Shown piece by piece: positions 1 through 16,226 of a stretch of DNA of 64,000 nt. Both the position numbers and the translations under genes were made by a program. This DNA is from the human T2T-CHM13v2.0 reference genome, Homo sapiens. The stretch lies in assembly GCF_009914755.1 (NCBI RefSeq), contig NC_060936.1; one strand, written 5' to 3'. The notes below the pieces were generated by a model. The model saw only the letters and a list, made by a program, of their open reading frames with translations, ran no database searches and had not been told where the DNA came from. Numbering within the stretch: position 1 is the first letter of the stretch; each line of letters starts with the position of its first letter.

Positions 1-104
1 TTAAGATAGTAATTATTATTCCTTTTTACAATAATCTGTTGGAAAATTATAAGAATTTCCTCTTTAATATTATATTTACCCTGTTATCTGAGATTGGTCT
101 GTTA

Positions 105-640
105 TGGAAATTGGCAAACATTTTTTAATGGTCCAGATAGTAAATAGTGTATAGTTACACTTTTGGTTTTTGTTTGTTTTTGAGACAGGGAGTGCAGTGG
201 TGCAATCGCAGTTCCCTGCAGCCTCAACCTCCTTCCCAGGCTCAAGCAGTCCTCTTACCTCAGCCTCCTGAGTAACTGGGACTATTGGCATGCACCACCT
301 TACCCTGCTGACTTTTTAAACTTTTTGTAGAGTTGAGTCTCTGTGTTTTGCCCAGGTTGGTCTCGAACTCCTGAGCTCAAGCAGTCCTCCCACCTCGACC
401 TCCCAAAGTGCTGGGATAGCATATACTTAGGCTTTGCAAACTGTGTACTTCCTGCCAAAACAATCCACCTCTGCTGTTGTAGTGTGAAAGCAGCCATAGG
501 CAATATGTGAATGAATGACTGTGGCTATGAACTAACAAACTTTAGACACTGAAATCTCATGTTCATATAAAACCATTTTTAGCTGATGGGCTGTACGAAG
601 AAGGCGGAGCTGAATTTGGTTCATGGACTGTAGTGCTGTG
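105..640 (+). mobile_element. MER58 (hAT-Charlie), probably MER58B, interrupted by an Alu
   Basis: ggcaaac...ccagatagtaaata | ttaggctttgc...tgttgtagtgtgaaagcagccatag...gaatttgg...gtagt resembles the MER58 consensus on both sides of the Alu. Confidence 0.7.
161..418 (-). mobile_element. AluJ-like element with a short deletion near the tail
   Basis: Antisense Alu motifs (ctcccaaagtgctgggat, ctcaagcagtcctcc) and T-rich tail. Confidence 0.85.
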
Positions 641-814
641 TTGCTTATCTGGTTCTTGTTGTGCTTCTTGTCATTTTACATGCCTTCACTAGCCATCCAC
701 AGGCCTTGGTGAGGCCAAGCATGTGGTGGCATTAAAATGTCCTCAGGGTGAGGATGTCAGGTAGTTACCAAGGATAACTTGTCTTTACATGTACCGTGAT
801 CTTCACAAGGATGG

Positions 815-1045
815 GCATAATTATTCCCAGTTTACAGATGACAAAACAGGTTATTGGAAATAATAGTAGTTAATAATTATTGAAGAACTTAACTATGTGG
901 CAGGCACATAGATTATCACAAACCCATTAATACACTGTTACCAAAGCAACTTGTTCCAGGTCTCCTACCTAGAATGTAACAGACCCTGGAATCAAGCCGT
1001 ACAGTGTGTCTCCAGAGCCCATGCTCTTCACCACTGTATCACTCT
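815..1045 (+). mobile_element. MIR fragments
   Basis: attattcccagtttacagatga...ctccagagcccatgctcttcaccact resembles the MIR core and 3' end. Confidence 0.55.
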
Positions 1046-2167
1046 GTGTGTAATTCTGCTCTGTGGCACAGAACTATCAATACAGTGCAAAGATGTCATA
1101 GCACATAAGTGATACACATCTGTCTCTAGTGAGCGTAGCCTCTGGGTTAAAAAACAAAAACCAAAAAAAACTTTTTTCACCACAGTCTCTGAAACTGAAT
1201 ACCCAGTCATTAACGTGATGTCACCAGCCAACCGCCTGCATCCTCCTGGCTGTGCGGTGTTTGAATGGCCATAGCCACGGGAGCTACATTGCCTGCCCTG
1301 GTACTAAAGGATGGACTACTGTGTCTGCATCCAGTGTAGTACTGTAAGGTGCTGTGATGCCACAGCAGCCGTTGCCAAAGAAATGTTTAGGTAGATGCAA
1401 TTCTTAGTTAAGATTATAAGATGCAGAGGATCGCCTAAATTAATTTAATTCCAGGCTAATTAAAAAATTTCCTGAGGGAAGTAACTGACGTGAGAGCAGA
1501 TAAGGGCAAGCATGCAGGCACACAGCATGCTTTCCTGGAAGGTATAAGTTGTAATTGCTCCAAGAGATGGCAGAGGTAGGAGTCCTAGTTCAGAGGAGCC
1601 TGGCTCCAGCCAATCAGACATTTCATAGCTCTATGCACGTGTATGTTTTAAGTAGCGTGTTAACCTGATGCTTTCTTCTGGTGTACAGAAATATATGATC
1701 ATTGAGACAGAATGCGCTAATGAAGTCGGGGAGCTGAAAACCTTCACATACATAGAATGTAGAGCACTGAACTCACAGGTTGTCGGAGGCACACACACCT
1801 GCCTTAGAATGGCTTTGCAGTATTCCTTGAAATGCTGCATCTGGGAAATGATGTGTGGATGGTTTGCTAGCTGGAGGCTGGTTTGTTAATTAGAAGTGTA
1901 TCTGACCAATGGCATGAGATCTTATTGCTTAAACGAACAAGATGGCGGAGACTTTACTCCCTTTGAATGGTCCAGCAAAGGCTATTTCCTGTCAGCAGTA
2001 GCATCTCATGCAAGAAGATTACAGTTGCTGAAGCCCACAAGGCAACTGAGTATGGAGAATTCCTCAAAATTGTATGTTGTGTATATTTGGGCAGACTGGT
2101 TAAAGCATGAAGAGAGCTATTGCTACTGTTAAAGTATGTGTCTGTGCTATCAAAAGTATACTCCCTG

Positions 2168-2266
2168 AGGCTGAGGCTGCAATGCAGTGAGCTGTGATCA
2201 CACCACTGCACTCCAGCCTAGGCGACAGAGTGAGACCCTGTCTCAAAAAAAAAAAAAAAAAAAAAA
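2168..2266 (+). mobile_element. Severely 5'-truncated Alu (3' ~80 bp plus polyA) with TSD
   Basis: gcagtgagctgtgatcacaccactgcactccagcc...ctc(A)22, flanked by aaaagtatactccctg and aaaggtgtactccctg. Confidence 0.85.
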
Positions 2267-4421
2267 GGTGTACTCCCTGGTAGGAGAACCAGGGAAAAGC
2301 AGCTACAAACAAGAGCAGATTAACATGGTGCAGAAAAGGCATGTTCTGCTTCCTCTTGTCCCTTTTCTTTGCTTGATTTCTAGAGTTAGATTTTATCATT
2401 TCACTCTTTAATCTGTTTCTTATTTTCTAAACACCCGTAATATATTAGATTCTCTGATTATATCAAAAACGTGGTCTCCATCCTCTGGATTTCCTCACTA
2501 AAACTGGACGTGGCTTCCTTTGTGCAGTAGCTTTTTTGTGAGTACTAAAAGGTGGCACTGGTATGAGAGCCTGGGAGATTAAAAAATAGATATATGAAGA
2601 TTCTATATAAGCTTAACTTTTTCCTTTCTCTTTTTTACTATCAGTCACTTTACAGCTAAACTAGGAGCCTACTTACTCTTTATTGACTCGTGTAGTTACC
2701 TGTGCTTCAGTCTAGATGTGTACACCATGTACCCCTTGGAACTTCCTTCTGTGGCCGCTTGCTGGCGCTCTGCTGTTCCCCCATGAGTATCAGTCCGTTC
2801 TGTCAAATGCTAGGGTTTGTTCTTTGCGCTCATTCCATTTCCCACTTCCCAGTGGGGCTGCCCCCCTTTGCCACTACCCTTCAGAATTGATCTCCAGTCC
2901 CTGCTTAATGATCCTGTGTTCGGAGCAGAGGGAAACAGAGCACGTGGGTCCTTCTTCCAGAGATGGGTGTTACATACACCCAAAGGGTCGTCTGACTGGA
3001 GATCCTTAGGCTAGTCATGGTCCAGGTTGTGTAATCTTGAAACATCAGCCACCATTTGTAGTATCTCTGGTGTTTACCATGCTGAGCCTCTTTCGTCATA
3101 GTCAATTGTATATTTTCAAATAATAAAGCTTTGCTTAAGCGTCCACAACTATGAATATTGAAGTGGTGATGACCGTCAGAGTTTGTGTTGTGCTACACGG
3201 CTTAACGTTTCGAGAGAGAGAGAATAATTCAATCACTGCATGGGAGGTTTTATTCTCAAATAAAGGAAGTTGGTAGAGAAAGCCGTCTTCCTCATGTTTG
3301 TTTTTCCCAAATCTTTTTTTCCACCCAAAGTCTGGATTACTCCCAAGGTGAGAGGGTTGATGTCTGGAAATTGTTAATCCATGGGATCTATTCATGGTAT
3401 ATAAAATTTTCAGAAAGAATTTGCCTTTTAAATATGATTTCCTGATTGACTATAGCAAACATAAATCCAGGAAGTACAACTCTGTCAGAGCAGCCAGGAT
3501 CCTTCTTAGCTTCTCAGATGTATGAGATTTTTTAGTGCGTGTGTGGAGTGGAAGTAAAGATTCTTCCCGTGGGCAGGTCAGAAGGAGAGAGGGGAGTTAG
3601 GAGAAGAAAGGAAGAGAATAATAGGACATAGAAACAAACCAAAGCTGCTAGGGTCGGGGAGGCAGGTATATACCCCTGGCTTTCCTGGAATTAGCTGCTG
3701 TCCCCCTGAAAAACCAGCTTTATTTTAGTTTATAGTACTGAGAGGAAGAAGCTAGGGAGGCACCCTTTTAGTGCCTTCTGTCCTGGTACTGTTTTCATTC
3801 TTGAAGTGCTCTTTTATGATATACAGAAACATTTCCTCATCCTCTTGGTGATACAAAGTTCTTGGGCCACTATTTTCAGAGAAAACTAAGCTGTACTAAG
3901 CTGGAAATATTGGCTGAGGGCCATTTTGCTCAGATCTCTCCTCCCATCTGGACTTCGTGCCCCCGTGCATTCTTAAACACCAAATCACAACCATTTCTCA
4001 CCTGCTGAAGTGAGAAACAGTTTTCTGGCTGTTTCCGATGTTAGCATTAAAGATCAGATTTCTGTATGTGACTTGCCTTTCTCCAATGGAAAGGTGCCCA
4101 TTTCTGATATTTACACACAGCTACAGATATATTTATAGTTTCTCTTGGATTTCGGGTAATAGCTAACTCTTCTTCCCTGCCACCTGTACCCTCTCAGGCC
4201 ATGTTCTTATTAAGCACTCTAATGAGAAGCTACGTCTACCACAGGCTCTAGACACATGATGAGACCCTCAGTGGCTATAGCCTAGCTGTGAGCACTCAGC
4301 AGTAGACTTATATCTGCATAGTCTGTTGTGTTTGGTTTGACGCTAGAGTTCAAATAATAAGGTGACTAACTGCAAACTGCCTCTGCCTGCTCCCCCAGCC
4401 CTTCCATGTACAGACAGACGG

Positions 4422-4447
4422 ACACACACACACACACACACACACAC
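4422..4447. repeat. (CA)13 microsatellite
   Basis: Direct. Confidence 0.9.
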
Positions 4448-6924
4448 GTGCACGCACGCCCTCTTATCCTGACCTTGAAATAGCTACCACTCACAGAAGA
4501 GTCTCCTCCAGAGACTGGCCTGTCTTTGGGAGCCTTTGTACAGATAAACTATCAAATCTCATAGTGACTAGACAGTCATACTTGGCTCTTTTTTGTAGTC
4601 CTATGGACTGAGAAGGAGCCGGTAAATGTGTTCCTCTTCAGTTCAGGTCACATCTTTGACATGTTCACATCTTTATTATGTTGTTCCTTGTTTGTTGAGA
4701 TGCTATCAAGGTCAGGAGGTCCCTTTTGTTGACCCTGGGTAACTCCGCTTGCCTTTCCCCTCCACTCCCAATGCCATAGGTGAGAAAGGAGAAGATAAAA
4801 TGTGATTATGAGGTTATTATACTCTTTTGCCCCCTAGGCAACAAGCGTATTGTTGTTTTTCAGATCCATCCGTCTAGCAGACATGTGATAATGCCAAAAG
4901 GTGGTGTCGTGCTTGACTGCAGCAGTTACAGCACGTGAGGCACCAGGCCTCAGAGGGTCAGAAGAGAGTGTGAGTTATCAATTTCAATGTTTATGTGTTC
5001 ACACGGGCATGCAGGGAGTTAAAAGCCACCATTTTTCCCTGTGACCAACTGCCCGCCTAGCTTTTCCTTTGAAATCCAGCGTCAGTCCTTGTAGGGCTGG
5101 CCTGCTCAAAAAGTATGACTGTCTCTTCTCCCTCTTTTGCCTCATGTTTCTTCCACATGCCTAGATTTTTGCCCCTAATGTCTCATTCATAAATCTGTAG
5201 CCCTGGAACTGTACTGTACAGTAGGGAAGCCATTCAGATATATATATATATATGTACTTATACTTAACTCTTCCATTTTTCACTAAAACACAATGAGTGA
5301 TTTGTGTGGGGAGCCAAGCCTCAAGCCAAGAACTGAATTCAAAGTGTTTTCTCGTCTTTGTTAACTCTTAACAGCAAGAAAGAATTTTGGAACACATTTC
5401 TGCTCCTGGAATTTCTGAGTGCAGCAGTAAGTGGCTTTCTGAGTGGCTTTCTTGACTTCTTGATTCTGGTTATCTCATCGACTTTCAGCAGCCATCCTTT
5501 CAGGGCGCATACTGTATGTACCCTTGATTGGCTGGCCTGTAATAATAGCTTCTGTGCCTCCTAGTAGCATTCTCTTCACTTTTCACCCCATTTCTATGTG
5601 CTGTCCTCATCTGTATATACATGTTCACCCACCTGGTGGTGAATGACCTGGTTTTAATGTATCTTACAAATTTCCGAGTACTAAAGCAAGTATAGAGATG
5701 CCTACAGTCTTGACATCCTTTTGTAGCACATGGAGAGACACATAGATATGCTCAGCCAGAGATGTCCTTCCCTTACTAGTAGGCAAGCCCCTAACAGTCT
5801 GTTCCCTATGCACTCCCTTAGATTTCGTTTGAGTAGCATTTTTTATAATGCATAAGGTAAAAGAGATGTTAACTGAATGAAGATTGAATAGGCAGAATGC
5901 AGTTAGCAGCTCTGTAGTTGAGATTTCAAGATTTATTTTATTCTGAACGCTGTTCCATATCTCCTTACAGCTTTGAGGACATAATGTTTTCTCTTCATAC
6001 CTGAATCCAGAAATAAAGGATGTTTTGTTTTGTTTTGTTTGCTAGAGTGGTAATGCATCCTTAAAGAAAAATTGGCAACAGATTTGTGAGCTGTAAAACT
6101 AAGAAGAAATGATCATTTGTTATTTTCAAAAATGATTCTCATGTTTCTTTGCATTTCAAAACCTATAGTCTTTTGTGGTTTTCATAGGCACATTTACACT
6201 TTGACAGACCATAAAACCCTTTCAATCTGAAACCTTTGGAGAGAGTTTCTACTTTTAGAACCAGATATTTCTATTAGTAGTGAGATTTCTGATTAACGTT
6301 TATTCATCTCAGTGACTAGTGGTCCCTGGACCTGAACTCCTAGTGGTAACTGAATTATATGATTTTGTGAACTCCATTCTTTCACAAAATAGCTGTGTTT
6401 AAATAAGAACATAACACATTGCTCCAAACCTTTGTGACAAGGCTTGACACACTATCCTTCATTTTCCTGACCCTGAAGTACATTATTGACTAAGAAGATA
6501 TCTTAGTTATTGAGGGTAAAGACTTTGAGGCAGAATTAATGAATTTTATTTTCTCGCATCTTTTACTTTTCAGAGTTTAGCTCTCCGCTGGGGCCTCTGG
6601 ATAAGAATGCCATTCTAAGATGATAATATTTATGGAAAGTTAATCTGTTATTCTGGGATTTTCTTAATGTAGTCTATGTTGAGAGACAGCAGTACAATGA
6701 CAGTCCAATAAGAAATCAAAACTACCACTAACATTTATGCAGTTAATATATGGACAGTTGAACCTGCCTCTGAAGACTTCAGCAGGTAAAAAGAACAAAA
6801 AGATTTTGTAGCCACTTCAGGGCTCTGAGCTAGCCACAGAAGAATCGTAGTAGATATAAAAATAATTTGCCAGGAAGACAATAAGTCATCAATAAATGTT
6901 AGCTTTAAAAAAATGGCATCTTTC

Positions 6925-7236
6925 GGGCTGGGTGCAGTGGCTCAGGCCTGTTATCCTAGCACTTTGGGAAGCTGAGACAGGAGGATCACATGAGCCCAGG
7001 AGTTAAAGACCAGCCTAGGCAATATTGTGAGACCCTTTCTCTACAATAAATTTAAAAAATTAGCCGGGTATGGTGGTGCATGCCTATAGTCCCAGCTACT
7101 TTGGGGGCTAAGGTAGGAGAATCGCTGAGCCCAGGTGGCTGAGGCTTCAGTGAGCTGTGATTGCATCACTGCACTCCAGTCTGGGTGACAAAGCGAGACC
7201 TTGTCTCAATTTAAAAAAATATATATATATATATAT
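6925..7236 (+). mobile_element. AluJ with (TA)n tail
   Basis: Full dimer. TSD aaaaaatggcatctttc / aaaaaatgacatctttc. Confidence 0.9.
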
Positions 7237-8295
7237 AAAAAATGACATCTTTCAACGGACAAAAGATTAGTACCCCATGAGAAAATACCTTAAGCCCCAA
7301 ATAATATTCAGTACCTGTTCATCTAGGCTTTATGAGGAGGCTGTGTTATGCCTCTCGGAATGGTTCTTAGAGTAACTATCTGGCACAGAGGCAGTAGAGT
7401 GGGAAGAGAAGAGCCTACTGGACAGACGCTTCACTCTGCACATTTCTTCCAGGTATTGAAGTCACATGGCCCAAGAAAGTGTGTTTGGATCTCATAGATG
7501 AGTGAGTTGCAGAAGTGGAATGCTGTAGAATCTTCTGTTACTATTTGTATTGAATGATACAGGAACAACTTACCTGTCTTCCTAAAGACCATCAGTTATC
7601 CAACCTCACTGAAGTGGAAACTAGGTTAAAACAAACACCTTTGGAAGATTACTGGTCTTGTCACTATGCCATGAAATGCTGGCCTCTGAAGCCTGTTTGA
7701 GAATCTAATACATAAACAAATAAATTCTTACAAGAAGAAACAAAGCTCTTAGTACTTAACCAAAAATGTCTCATCCCTTTTTATAATTTAAATTTCCTCA
7801 ACAATTTTGTAAATGTAGCATTGGGGCCATAATGACGTTTTGGCATCATATTTGGTACAAGCAAATATCATGACGAGTTCATTTTTTAACTTCTTTTTTC
7901 CTAGTGCAGAAAAGTATATTTAAGTACAGTTCATTATAGCTGTACAACCAATTTGGCCTGACCACATATCTGATGATTTTTAGTAGGACCCCTTGCCAAT
8001 GTATTGAGGTCGCATGTGGAAAAAAGTTATAACTTACGGGTCCTGTAAGGCATTCTCTTTCTACTTGGCAAATGTCCCTCTTCCCTCTTGAGATTAGGCA
8101 GTGGCAGTTCTACCTTGTGGGAAACACAGTTTCTTTTCTAAGTGGACTGCTCAAATTAGATAGGGAGAAAAGGGAAGAGATAAGGGCATTTCCCACATGA
8201 TTGACATGGTTCATGTGTTCCGAGAGGCTTAAGTAGTTTTTTTACAGATAGATTTGGGGACTATACTAGTTGGGCAGTTTCATATGCTTTCACAA

Positions 8296-8397
8296 TGATA
8301 CATATTTTGGGAGTATTTGTGGTATTTTGATACCTCTATACAATGTAAATGATCAAATCAGAGTAATCCATCACTTCAAACATTTATCTTTTCTTTG
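8296..8397 (-). mobile_element. L1MA-type 3' end fragment
   Basis: tacatattttggg...tacaatgtaaatgatcaaatcagagtaat...tcaaacatttatc. Confidence 0.55.
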
Positions 8398-8405
8398 TAA
8401 AATGA

Positions 8406-8771
<366 letters not shown>

Positions 8772-8861
8772 TTTTTTTTTTTTTTTTAATAGAGACAGAG
8801 TCTTGCTATGTTGCTCAGGCTGGTCTCAAACTCCTGGCCTTAAGCAATCCCCCTGCCTCAG

Positions 8862-8865
<4 letters not shown>
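8772..8865 (-). mobile_element. Alu left-monomer/FLAM fragment
   Basis: tagagacagagtcttgctatgttgctcaggctggtctcaaactcctgg. Confidence 0.7.

Positions 8866-8866
<1 letters not shown>

Positions 8867-8934
<68 letters not shown>
8867..8934. repeat. Perfect (TG)34 microsatellite in place of an Alu tail
   Basis: Direct. Confidence 0.95.
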
Positions 8935-9210
<276 letters not shown>

Positions 9211-9316
9211 CTCAGCCTTATTTTTTAAGTTTTCGATTGGACTCTGAAATTTTTCAGAATACCAGATGCCATCATGTTTATTTAATCAATTAGCCATCAG
9301 CATAAAATGCATTTAA

Positions 9317-9656
<340 letters not shown>

Positions 9657-10086
9657 TAAAAAGTCAGCATCCGCAGTCATAGTGGTTGTAGGAGTGAGCT
9701 AATAATATCTTTTTAAATTCTGTTTTACTATAAGGAATTTGACCTTCTCAATATGACCATTTATCACATTGCCCCCTTTCTTCGTGGTCATACTTTTTTC
9801 TGCCAGTTTTGTCAGTCAAAAGTAATTACCTAAGATAAGCAGCTCTTTCAGCCTTTGCAGCCCAGATGTGGCATTTGTGATGGCAGCTCTATACCCACAA
9901 ACATGCGCGTGTGCACCAAAAGAATGGGAATAAATTGCACAAATCCAGTGAAAATCCCAAAGGTGATTTTTTTAAATCAATGTATTCATGAAAGAAGATA
10001 GAGAAAACCAAGCTTTTAAAAAATGAGGAATGAAATAGGGATATGTTACTTGGCATCATGGGGGTGTAGTAACAGAACCGTGATGA

Positions 10087-10518
<432 letters not shown>

Positions 10519-11168
10519 TAAAATACAATATTTTTGAAAAGTTGGTATTGTTTGCAAAAAACTATCCAGCTCCCCCACTCTAAATTCTCTACTTGATTGA
10601 AACACTGTCTTCCTTCTGTGACTGGCTGTGTTGACATGCCTGTCATAGGTAGGAAATTCCAGCCCAGAACTGGTACCGTAAACCTGCTGATTAGGAGTCT
10701 CTTACAGAGCCCAGCAGCCTTCCACAGCAGAACTTTGGTGTTTATCGTTTATCCTTAGAGAGAGAGAGAGAATTTTAAAAACAAAAGTAATGCTAAATTG
10801 ATTAATTTTCTCTGGTTTGTCTAGCCAGGCTCCAGCTTCTGTGTAATATACTGTATAGGCCTAAACTGAACTCTGATCTTTTTAGCAAGCTGAAGATTGT
10901 TTTAGCCACTAAGCCCTTGCTCTTTATTCTCTTTTAATTATTTCCTGGAAATAGTATTAGAAACAAAGGAAATGTGCTATATGTATTATGCAGCCATGAA
11001 AAACATAGTTTCGGTCATATATAATGTAGTGAACAGTACTGACAATATAATGTTAAATAGATAATGTATCAAGCAAAATGTGAGGTGTGATACTGTTAGA
11101 AGCTGATTTATATAAATTTATTAAAAGACTTGGCAGGAAAATTTCCAAAATGTTACAAATGATTACTT

Positions 11169-11464
<296 letters not shown>

Positions 11465-12827
11465 AAATAATTACTTCTTGATGGAAGTGTATGCAAAAGT
11501 CTTATTTCCTTTATATTTTTCTTTTTTCCCCCAATTTTTTGGAGTAAAATATATATTGTTTTCATAATAAAAACATAAAACTTTATTTCTTAAAAAAACT
11601 CTTGTTGAAAAAGAAATAAAGGAACGTGGCAGGAGCAGTCCTCTGAGGGGGTCCAAGGAGGAATCAGTGTTACTGTGGAAAGTAATACCAGGCCTTGCTT
11701 CTGTTGACTTGAAGATTATTGAGCTCCCAATTCATTAGTTAGGCCAGAGGTGTCCTGTTCATGAAAATTGCCAGGCCGGTGACATGCAACAGGTGCAGAC
11801 CTGCTGTGTGAGCCCTGGGAACACACTGAGATCTGCCAGCGTTTTGGCGGTGCTTCGCAGTGCTCACAGCTGCTGTGTGTCAAGCAGGGGCTGCTCTAAT
11901 GCTTCAGTGTTCTGTGATGGTGAGGTCTGGCCCCACTCTCTTCCTCAGCACTCCAGGCTTTGACCAGCTACCAAATACCTGGCCAGACTATTGTCACGAG
12001 AGCTGCCAAATGAAATCCTGGGGCAGGAGTCATCAGTCATTTAGTGTGCTTCCAGAAGGAATCAAAGGAGTAGCTGTTCAAGCAGGGGAAAGGAATGAGA
12101 AAAGAAAAAACGTAGAGCAAGTCTGTTACTTAAGAAAAACACAGAACCAATGTTACAACTAAGAATTTCAGAGTCCTTGGCTGTGAGTCAGGTGTTTGGT
12201 GTTATATAGGGATTTATCAGTCACTGGTTCAGAAGAATATCGGATAACCTCTGTGAAATAAATGAGAAGAGCATAAGCCAGGATGAGACAGAATTCGTAA
12301 TGAGTTCCCTCATCACATCTCTTGGCCAAGAAAAACATGCACTTTCTCCAGAGGCAGAATTTTTCTTCCATTCTAGGAGGTGGAGGAACACTTGGAGTAT
12401 ATGTAGTCCAGGCTTTCAGATGAGCAGTTTCACTAGCAGTTTTTTGTAATCTACTCATAAATAAGTGAAAAGAGAAACTGTGAGGTAACTGGAGTCTTTC
12501 TGTATCAGGAATAGCATCTCTGTAAAAACAAGTTAGTCCTGTGCTTAATTCCTGCCTCGATACAGAGCTGTCCGTCTGGTGTGAATATATGAAGCCAGCG
12601 TTCTCTTCCTGTCTCCCAGAAGGGCGGCTGCGTGTGACAGCGTAAATGTGTGACAGTATGTGAAAATGTTTCTGTAATCCTGAAGATTTCAGTAGTGATT
12701 AGAAGAGCTTTAGTCTTTGGTCAATTTTCTTTGACTTGGAAAGCATAAAGAATATTTGAACCTCTCATTTCAGACTGACCTTGACTTTCCTCATTTTATT
12801 TTATTTTATTTTATTTTTTTGCCTTAG

Positions 12828-13016
12828 ATCATCCAGCCCCTCTTAGAACTTGACCAAAATAGAAGTAAATTAAAGTTGTACATTGGACACCTGACAACCC
12901 TCTGCCATGACCGAGACCCCCTGATCCTCCGTGGACTCACTCCACCAGCTTCCTATAACTTGGACGATGACCAGGCGGCTTGGGAGAATGAGCTGCAGAA
13001 GATGACCCGGGGGCAG
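12828..13016 (+). CDS. ERC1: ERC1 penultimate coding exon (63 aa: IIQPLLELDQNRSKLKLYIGHLTTLCHDRDPLILRGLTPPASYNLDDDQAAWENELQKMTRGQ)
   Basis: (TTTTA)n/T-rich tract then ttag| acceptor, candidate branch CTGAC at ~12775-12779, 189 nt open in phase 0, donor CAG|GTGAGC. The peptide matches my recollection of the ERC1 C-terminal region and joins in frame to 58364. Confidence 0.95.
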
Positions 13017-13054
13017 GTGAGCCTCTCACTCAAACTTTGAAAAGAGCCTGTGAA

Positions 13055-13194
13055 AATCCAGTTGCTGTGTAGGTTGATGCAGTGGGGGCTACCTTGGGGA
13101 ATCCAGTTGCCGTGTAGTTGATGCAGTGGGGGCTACCTTGGGGAATCCCGTTGCTGTGTAGGTTCATGCAGTGGGAGCTACCTTGGGGAATTCC
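13055..13194. repeat. 45-bp minisatellite, 3 copies
   Basis: Unit AATCCAGTTGCTGTGTAGGTTGATGCAGTGGGGGCTACCTTGGGG at 13055, 13100 (44 nt) and 13144. Confidence 0.95.
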
Positions 13195-13279
13195 ATGTTT
13201 AGATTCAAGATTTGGGGGGTGGGGAGGGGTTTCCAGATATAATTTTTAAACTGATTTTTAATTGATTTTTTACTGTTTT

Positions 13280-13900
<621 letters not shown>

Positions 13901-14114
13901 GATTCAAGTTTCTTGGCAATGAATAGTCTTGAACAGATATTTGGAATTACCTTTTGAAGGAAGTACGATTCTTGGCTCAGTGTAACTTACTCAAGTATCC
14001 GAAAGGGCTGATTTATAAGGGAGAAGGCTAAGGACGATCTGTTAACATTGCCATCGGTTATTCCATGAAGCGGTAGCCACTGAAGGAAAGTCTGAGTAGT
14101 TTAGGTTAATCCCA

Positions 14115-14382
14115 TGTCTTAGACCATTCAGGTAGCTAAAACAAAGTAACACAGACAGGGTGGCTTATAAGCAGCAGACATTTATTGCTTTCTGTTCTGG
14201 AGGCTGGAAGTCCCAGATCAGGGCCCCAGCATGGTTGGTTTCTGGTTCCTTGTGTCCTGTCGCATGCTGCTGACCTCATGACCTAATCACCTCCCAAAGG
14301 CCCACCTCCTAATACCATCACGTTGGGGGTTGGGATTTCACCATATGAATTGAGGGGAGGAGGGTAAACATTCCATCTATAG
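14115..14382 (-). mobile_element. MLT1A-like MaLR solo LTR (internally deleted)
   Basis: tgtcttag...ttctggaggctggaagtcccagatc...gacctaatcacctcccaaaggcccacctcctaataccatcac. Confidence 0.7.
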
Positions 14383-15140
14383 TACTCCCTAGACGACATT
14401 TTCTGTTTACTGTCACTTGTAAAAATCCAGTGATTCTCTTTTTTACATGTTGTGATTTTTAATGCAGTAAAAGACAGGGTAAGGCTAGCCTGGAGACAAA
14501 AAATCAGGAATAAAAGAAACAGAAGACAGGATGAGAACAGGCATACAGTACAGACATGGAAAGTGAAGGAAAGAAAAAGTGAATAAACATTGAGACATAG
14601 AAACAGAAAAAGAGAAAAATAGGTCAGTTTTTGAAATATTAACTTAAAGCTCCTTTTGCTCCTAGTTTACTGATAGAAGTCAGTGATATTCCTTACCCCC
14701 TATAGATTCAATCATACCAACAGAAGGCTAAAGAAAGGCACAGGTGGTGTAAACTTACTAAAACTCTTCATCAGAACTTTGAAGCTACTTACTATTTCTA
14801 GCTAAATACTTTCTATTTCTTAAATATTGTTTGTTTACTCGTGTGTGAAGGTAAATTGTATTTAATACAGAACTTCCTGTGGTGTGATATTAAAGATGAC
14901 AGTGAAAACCCGCAAGTCAAGAAATGCAAACTGGTGAGCCTTAGAGCTGTACTTACTTTCCCGTGATGTGGATGTTGCCTAATAATACACGGACATATTT
15001 CACAGCCTAACTAGTTACCCATCATTTATTTGATGTGTGAAGACAAGGCCAACTTCTCAAATTTAGCGTGTTGACATAGGAATTTTAATCTCTTTCTTTC
15101 TTGAAAGAGGAAAAAAATGTAACGAACAGTATTAAATTCA

Positions 15141-15311
15141 GCGAGGTGCTGTGGCTCACACCTGTAGTCCCAGCTACTCAGGAGGCTGAGGCAGGAGGAT
15201 TGCTTGAGCCCAGGAGTTCAAGGTTACAGTAAGCTATGATTGTGCCACTGTGCTCCAGCCTGGGTGGTGACAAAGTGAGACCCTGTCTCTAAAACGAAAA
15301 AAAAAAAAAGG
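15141..15311 (+). mobile_element. Alu monomer (FRAM/FAM-like) with perfect 15-bp TSD
   Basis: Single monomer plus A tail. ACAGTATTAAATTCA at 15126-15140 and 15312-15326. Confidence 0.8.
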
Positions 15312-15504
15312 ACAGTATTAAATTCAATTCCTAATAGCTCTTTTTGATATTGATAACCATATACTAAAAATGTAATGGAAATAAATACATACACAACTAC
15401 AGTGCAACCAAAAGCCCATTGGAAACAAGGCACATGGCTATTCATTTTAGAGACTTTTGCTTCAGAATTTTGCAGAAAAACGATGCTTCTTAAAAGCAGT
15501 GCTA

Positions 15505-15825
15505 CTGGGCACAGTGGCTCCCACCTGTAATCCCGGCATTTTGGGAGGCTGAGGTGGGAGAATCCCTTGAGCCCAGGAGTTCAAAACCAGCCTGGGCAAC
15601 ATAGAGAGACCTCGTCTTTAAAAATAATTAAAATTATCCAGACATGGTGTCACACGCCTGTAGTCCCAGCTGCTCAGGTAGTTAAGGTGGGAGGATGGCT
15701 TGATCCCGGGCAGTCGTGGCTACAATGAGCTGAGATCGTGCCACTGTACTCCAGCCTGGGTGGCAGAGTGAGACCCCGTCTCAAAAACAAACAAACAGCA
15801 ACAACAACAACAAAAAAAAAAAAAC
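15505..15825 (+). mobile_element. AluJ
   Basis: gagcccaggagttc...ctgggcaacatag, with a (CAA)n tail. Confidence 0.88.
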
Positions 15826-15847
15826 CCAGTGCTTATTAATGTATTAA

Positions 15848-16226
<379 letters not shown>

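Noticed and set aside
13055-13194. Regularly spaced repeats resembling a CRISPR array
   Set aside because: Head-to-tail units with no unique spacers, in eukaryotic intronic DNA. It is a minisatellite.
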